A stretch of DNA of 64,000 bases, taken from the NCBI GenBank assembly GCA_963709405.1, contig CAVPXM010000030.1, positions 193,785 to 257,784 of the forward strand, given 5' to 3'. The position numbers were made by a program, and so were the translations under genes. Shown one piece after another: positions 58,493 to 64,000 of this stretch (position 1 is the stretch's first letter; each line of letters starts with the position of its first letter). The DNA comes from an uncultured Nitrososphaerales archaeon. Its GTDB lineage: Archaea > Thermoproteota > Nitrososphaeria > Nitrososphaerales > Nitrososphaeraceae. The notes below the pieces were generated by a model that saw nothing but the letters and a program-made list of their open reading frames with translations, searched no databases and was not told the origin of the DNA.

Positions 58493-59359
58493 TTACTTCA
58501 AGGCAGGTATAGGTCCAGGCGCTGTTGCATTTTGGGGTTGAGCCCCGGTTGCATTTTTGATTGGTATAGGTCCAGGCGCTGTTGCATTTTGAGGTTGAGC
58601 CCCGGTTGCATTTTTGATTGGTATAGGTCCAGGCGCTGTTGCATTTTGGGGTTGAGCCCCGGTTGCATTTTTGATTGGTATAGGTCCAGGCGCTGTTGCA
58701 TTTTGGGGTTGAGCCCCGGTTGCATTTTTGATTGGTATAGGTCCAGGCGCTGTTGCATTTTGGGGTTGAGCCCCGGTTGCATTTTCAGGCAAATTCGGTG
58801 ATAGCTTTCCTGCCACTATGCCAAGTGGAAATTTAATAGTGTCAATTCTTACAATCACATTTCCAGCAAGGATATCTCTTACAAGAGATGGCATGTCCTC
58901 CCCACGTCCACGAAGGAAATCAGCAGAGGTGAAATTTCCTGCCAAAGACGCTGATTTCGCCTGGCCACTCAATCCTTGCTGAGTACCACTCCTCAAGACG
59001 ACTATATCAGTACATCTTCCTCCCGTCGAATGACACAGCGTCGCTCCTCTGACATTATCCACAGGGCCCCCTGTAATATTATAGGACATAGTTTTTCCGT
59101 CACCTAATAAAGCAAGTTCTGCTCTTCCTGTAGCATTAGTCTTTACTGGAGGAAAAACATTATCGCCAGTCAGTTTTGCAAAGAAATGTGGCCTACTCGT
59201 GTTAGATACGTCGCTCGATTGGGCGTATAATGCTGGAGACATATTAGTAACCGCAGTTGCACTAATCATTGTCAGAGACATTAGGCTAGCCAACACTAGC
59301 AGCTTAGGAACATTCATAGTCGAGTATATGGTTAGGTTACTATATATGCATATTGTCAA
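58493..59359 (-). CDS. secreted CHRD-domain protein with 19-aa repeat tail
   Basis: signal peptide and FAKLTGDNVFPPVKTNATGRA; likely start MNVPK. Confidence 0.8.
   Translation of the reverse strand: MTICIYSNLTIYSTMNVPKLLVLASLMSLTMISATAVTNMSPALYAQSSDVSNTSRPHFFAKLTGDNVFPPVKTNATGRAELALLGDGKTMSYNITGGPVDNVRGATLCHSTGGRCTDIVVLRSGTQQGLSGQAKSASLAGNFTSADFLRGRGEDMPSLVRDILAGNVIVRIDTIKFPLGIVAGKLSPNLPENATGAQPQNATAPGPIPIKNATGAQPQNATAPGPIPIKNATGAQPQNATAPGPIPIKNATGAQPQNATAPGPIPIKNATGAQPQNATAPGPIPALK
58506..58785. repeat. 57-bp tandem repeat, about 4.9 copies
   Basis: near-identical units start at 58506, 58563, 58620, 58677 and 58734; they encode NATGAQPQNATAPGPIPIK. Confidence 0.97.
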
Positions 59360-59523
59360 TGTTCTGTGATATTAGTCACAGGTTTTGTCGTATTAGTTCT
59401 AAGTAGCGATAAATTTCAATTCAAGAAATATCACCTCCTGTAATGTTTTCATTGCTTATCATATAATTTATTAATATGGTTAATCCTAAGAGTCTTAGAA
59501 AAAATGTCCAGGAGCGATTTTGA

Positions 59524-59862
59524 ATTAAGCGCGGTATAGCAGTTTTAATAGCTGGTGGAGTTCTTCTACTGATTGGTTTAGCGGTGGTAATCCCTTCCCT
59601 CTCTTCCCTTGTCTCAGTAGCCGATTCACTACCCCCAATCTCAGCAAAAGATTTGATAAGATCAAGTGTCGGAAACTTTGTTAAAGGCAACCAGACGGCT
59701 ATCAAAGATACTCTGAAGAGTATAGGTTATGACATAGCACTTAGTTCCTTCGGGATTCTGGTAAGTATAATACTTGTAATTAATAGCATAATCGCCTTTG
59801 TGGGAGGGATTATCATAGTTATATATGACAGAAGATCTAAGAGCAAGCCTCTTACAAAATGA
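59524..59862 (+). CDS. small membrane protein (start uncertain)
   Basis: the frame is open from ATT 59524 (IKRGIAVLIAGGVLLLIGLAVV); second TM segment near the C-terminus. Confidence 0.6.
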   Translation: MKRGIAVLIAGGVLLLIGLAVVIPSLSSLVSVADSLPPISAKDLIRSSVGNFVKGNQTAIKDTLKSIGYDIALSSFGILVSIILVINSIIAFVGGIIIVIYDRRSKSKPLTK

Positions 59863-60136
59863 TAAGACAACATTGGTAACATTGATTCGGGTAATCTAGG
59901 CAAACCTCGAGCCAAATAATTGTCTGGCTGCCTGATACAATGCTGGTAAGTGCAGTCTTGGACACATATAAAAAAACATTTGCCCTGAAAAATACACAAT
60001 CACCAGACACACATTGCTATGGCCCACCTGTTCATACAGTATGAAGGAATGTTTGCAAGTTAGATCAATTGTTCAGTTAACAGGGCCGAATTCCCTTTCC
60101 GAAAGTATATTAACTACGTATACTTTCTTATAAATT

Positions 60137-60443
60137 ATGAGAGGGAGATGGGCTTCAGCGAGCTATAGGAGCAAGCGTAGCAAGAAGTCGCGCCGGCGCT
60201 CAGGCGAATCAACAATCACAAGCAGCACAAGCTCAACAACAAGCAGCACAACAACAGATAGAAGCACAGCAAAGGCAAATAGAAGCACTACAACAACAAA
60301 AACAACAACCCCAAACCCAAACCCAACCACAGCAGGAAGATATCACTCAGAAGTTGCAAAAATATGCTGATCTCCACCAGAAAGGAATATTATCTGACGA
60401 GGAATTCCAGAAACTCAAGGCGGAATTGTTATCTAAGATTTAA
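60137..60443 (+). CDS. Gln-rich SHOCT-domain protein, +1 frameshift at about 60160
   Basis: after removing one base: MRGRWASAAIGASVARSRA..QQQ..LQKYADLHQKGILSDEEFQKLKAELL. Confidence 0.85.
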
Positions 60444-60900
60444 TCTAAAAGATGCAGTTAGACGAACGGTTAATCTTTTGACTATAATTTTGTAATATTC
60501 ATAATAACGCAATTTTTTAGAACAAATTTGAAAATTCATCAAATAGCCTCGTGACTTTGATACTTAGATCTCTTTATATTATCAAATTTAGTCCCGCTCT
60601 TGCGCATAAAAATAATTAGCATAGCAGTTTGCGAACAATACCTAGATTTCGTAATTCCAGCTTTCTTGCACGGATAGTAACCACCAATACTCTCACTGGT
60701 TCTATATGGGATACTCGGCAAAGATAAGGCTGAGAAGAACCACTATCATTCAACATTTATAGCTAATTTGTCCAAATGGATGAAGAATATTAATGGGATG
60801 AGTATAATGGCTATATCACAAGTGTACTGGTATTAGATGAGTTGCTTCTAAAAGGTGAATCCCAATATAAATAGAGAAGTAGTAACTTTCAAAACAATAA

Positions 60901-61293
60901 TTACTGGGCCAAGTCAGCCATGTTACAAATTGTCCATGCCTCCTTAATTTTGTCTCCCTCAAAATGAAGAATTTCGACTCCTTGAGTCTCAAACTTCTTA
61001 TGAGTGGCAGAAAAGTCAGCAAAGTCCTTTTCATGTGTAGCTTTTAAGGCCCATCTTATGGCAATTTTGTTCTCTTCTCCAAAGTCATCTAGTATTGTGA
61101 CCTTCATATCTGGAAATGCGGAGAGATCTTCAGCCACCCACTGTTTGAAATTCTCAAGACCACTAACCTCCTCAGCCATCCCATGGTAATTTATATCAGG
61201 CATAAGGTAGTTCTTTGCCATCTCTGTTTTCCTGCCGTTAAATATATCTTCAATAAATCTTCGAGCTATTGTCTTGTATTGCGTATTGGACAT
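60901..61293 (-). CDS. SnoaL-like ester cyclase / NTF2-fold protein
   Basis: IARRFIEDIFN, AFPDMKVTI and HFEGDKIKEAW motifs. Confidence 0.88.
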   Translation of the reverse strand: MSNTQYKTIARRFIEDIFNGRKTEMAKNYLMPDINYHGMAEEVSGLENFKQWVAEDLSAFPDMKVTILDDFGEENKIAIRWALKATHEKDFADFSATHKKFETQGVEILHFEGDKIKEAWTICNMADLAQ

Positions 61294-61690
61294 ATCCTAT
61301 AACGATCATACGTTACCATTAAGCTTTGCTGTTTATTTATTGAAATTTTCGTCAAAATCCAAAAATGTAATACAAAAGAGATGAAAGAAACAAGCAGGAC
61401 TAGAACTAGAAAACAAGAGGAGGTGATAAAATATCATTTCGTATCAAGGTAGGAATTGCTATATTTGGTATGATATGTATCACCATAGCAATAGTGGGAT
61501 ACGAAAACCTCAAAATAAAAGTAAAAACCGTGATATCTTATCTCGTTATGAGATAATTGAAAATCCAAGGAATTTAGCCTTTACATTTACTTTGTGTATG
61601 CAAGAGTTTTTTGAATCTATTCCCCAAGATCAATGGAAGATAAAAAGATCCTGCTTTTATCAAGCAATCTGAAGTATTTGCAATATCAAT

Positions 61691-62800
61691 TTAAAATACT
61701 ATATACATAAGAAAGCAACGCTCTTTGATTCTGTTATCTTTTGTTTTAACTCGAAATGTTCCAAAAGTTCCTTTTGCAGTCTTAACAAAATCAATCAACT
61801 CATCATTGTTCATTACAATTGATTTCTCAAGTTGTTCTTCTTCTTTGATTATACGATAAGCCCAATTGTTTTCTTTTATATTGGTTAGATCTATCTCTTG
61901 AGTTGATAACAATGGATCTTTATTACTATTATTAGTAGCACTGACTGCACATTACTATCATGTTTTCCAGCTGTCAAATCAGAAGGATAGGACGGAGGGA
62001 CCAATTCTTCAGCCTTTAAATACATATTCCTTTGAGAAAACAAGGCACCAACTGTCAAATATCTGAGCTAACATCACCAGAAAATCGATAAACTCGCTGT
62101 ACAACTCATTTTTCTTACTTTGAATATCCAAAATATTTAGGGCATGTGCAACTTTGTTAGGATCGCATTTATGATTAGGTTTAACTTGTATTAGTGATTT
62201 CATATCTCCTTGGTTGGACTGGGCCCAATAAGACAAACAGTTATAACAAATGTATCCTCGAAATCCAACAATATTTTTATTAGTGCCCCACATATTTCGT
62301 ATTGTTGAATTATTACAAGAATTCAATAAGTTAGGGGGTGATGGCGTAATAAAACCGCTAAATGGCCACGATATACCTCCTTCTCCTATAGCTGATGGTT
62401 GCCAGAAAGTGGGTCGACGTCGTTGTTTTGTGATATTTATTATTTCAACTGCTTGACGTATGGTTTCTAGTAGTTTATGGCCTGCATCTCTTTTTTTGAA
62501 AGATGATGATTCTTTTAATTTCTTAGAATCTAGTTCTGAAAAATGACCATAAGATGGATAAATTTGATGATAGCTGCCATTATTATTATCAGGATGATAA
62601 TAATGCCTATCATTTGTCGTTGGCATATTACTCACATCAGAACTACTGAATTGAGTACTAGTTGCATATGACCGTGGTGTTGCTGGTTTTGCTTTTCCAC
62701 TATGCTTTCTCTGAATATGTATCTTTAGATTCCAGTTTGTAGAACAGGTCTTAGTGCAATAAGGACAGAGAATTTGTTTTTTCTTTCCAGTCAAGCACAC
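61691..62800 (-). pseudogene. C2H2 zinc-finger protein, split across reading frames
   Basis: CPYCTKTCSTNWNLKIHIQRKH and a second CYNC..HKC site; a bridging frame MYLKAEEL leads towards ORF 61691-61912. Confidence 0.55.
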
Positions 62801-63104
62801 TCACTCCTGAAAGTGTTTTGTACGTCATGCTCGTCATCTCCTTTACTGCAGTCACATTCAAAGTATTTCATATGAGTAATTATATAACCTACGAATAAAT
62901 AATGACGAAAAAATTAAACCATAAAATTCATATCTTATCAATAAATTGCCTAGAACAAAATTTCTAGAAAGATACTCAATTAATATTATATGTCTTCCAG
63001 GAAATTAGGCTCGTCATAAGATCTTTGAATAAGGGCTGGGTGGGTCTGTAACAAGAGGACCACCCATAGTCGTCTTAGACGTAATCATTGTTAATCGTGT
63101 CATT

Positions 63105-63221
63105 TCAAGATCGCGCGCCATACCAGGATTCCACAATTAAGGCCACTACCAACCCTACAAGTCCTATGGTTATGAGCAAGTTCGAGCCTTTAGTGTTCTT
63201 CCGCAGATTCTTTAGCAACAT
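63105..63221 (-). CDS. possible 38-aa single-TM peptide
   Basis: MLLKNLRKNTKGSNLLITIGLVGLVVALIVESWYGARS; GC-rich hairpin downstream at 63037-63066. Confidence 0.35.
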   Translation of the reverse strand: MLLKNLRKNTKGSNLLITIGLVGLVVALIVESWYGARS

Positions 63222-63498
63222 CCGCTCTGTACTTAAAGATCATTTCAGATAGTATGGGGCATAAACGAATCGAGTTCCGCTCATGGAAGAGGATCACTCG
63301 CCATTGGAAATCACATTCCGTTTCCTTATGGCGTTCGAAATGTTATAACGGAGTCTCATTCTTATCTAGTCAGGACTTTTGCAGTTATTAGTTTCGCCCT
63401 AGATTCATATATCTTAAGGAATAGCCGTCGACAATAAAGAGACGAAGAAGAAGAAATCGAATATCTTAAATAACGGGCGTTCCGGACCTACAATATTT

Positions 63499-63864
63499 AT
63501 GACTGCAAGTCCCGATGTTAAGAAAAGAACATTTACTCAAGAGTTCATGGACTTCTTGAAGACTTTTGGAGTCATTGGACTTGCTATTGCCTTCGTAATA
63601 GGAGTGGCAGCTTCTGCATTAGTAAACTCATTAGTTAAGGATATAATCGATCCCTTGATAGGCCTGTTTCTTCCTGCGGGTAGCTTAGCAGCACTAACAG
63701 TAACAGTTCCAAATCTAGCGGGAACAACTACTGTATTCAGATATGGCGATCTTATTTCGAATATCATTAACTTCTTGGTCATAGCCATGGTCGTATTTCT
63801 TGCATACAAGCAGCTTTCAAAGTATAACCTAGTAGAGGATAAGACAAAGGGAGAAAAGAAATAA
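63499..63864 (+). CDS. mscL: large-conductance mechanosensitive channel
   Basis: EFMDFL, IGLAIAFVIG, VNSLVKDIIDP and YGDLISNIINF motifs. Confidence 0.92.
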   Translation: MTASPDVKKRTFTQEFMDFLKTFGVIGLAIAFVIGVAASALVNSLVKDIIDPLIGLFLPAGSLAALTVTVPNLAGTTTVFRYGDLISNIINFLVIAMVVFLAYKQLSKYNLVEDKTKGEKK

Positions 63865-64000
63865 CGTATTCTTAAGCTGACCTCAAAATATCCATTCAAT
63901 ATATCTTTATGTTAATTTTATAAACAATAACATCCTTTACAGAATTAAACACATATTCACCTGATCAAATGTTCGCTTCTGATAGAGTTATTATAAATCC

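Noticed and set aside
58498-58801. Repetitive ORFs MQPGLNPK... and GLSPGCIFDW...; possible CRISPR array or RiPP precursor
   Set aside because: Alternative frames of the 57-bp coding repeat; the units are contiguous with no spacers, and no cas or modifying genes are present

Overview
AT-rich archaeal chromosomal segment. The 16S-23S operon without a spacer tRNA, the unlinked 5S, the PEFG-CTERM protein and the gene content point to an ammonia-oxidising archaeon of the Nitrososphaeraceae. Bases 1 to about 45,000 are core genome: ctaB, GGR, glmS, uS4/uS13, two AAA+/vWA pairs, the non-oxidative pentose-phosphate genes (including a transketolase-N/Rpe fusion), leucyl aminopeptidase, ABCE1, sufS/sufU, aspS, eL39/eL31, mtaB, hemL, the rRNA operon and corA. 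From about 45,000 to 64,000 is accessory sequence: surface proteins, a GH5 enzyme, two HdeD-like proteins, IS5/IS6 relics including a 101-bp MITE with an 8-bp target duplication, a terpene-synthase-fold protein, CHRD, SHOCT and C2H2 proteins, and mscL. The strongest hidden signal is that most broken genes (8 one-base insertions and 2 odd substitutions) are repaired by restoring the same palindrome, GCWGC. This most likely reflects a host GCWGC DNA modification causing read errors rather than true pseudogenes. All calls are by eye from motifs; no searches were run.
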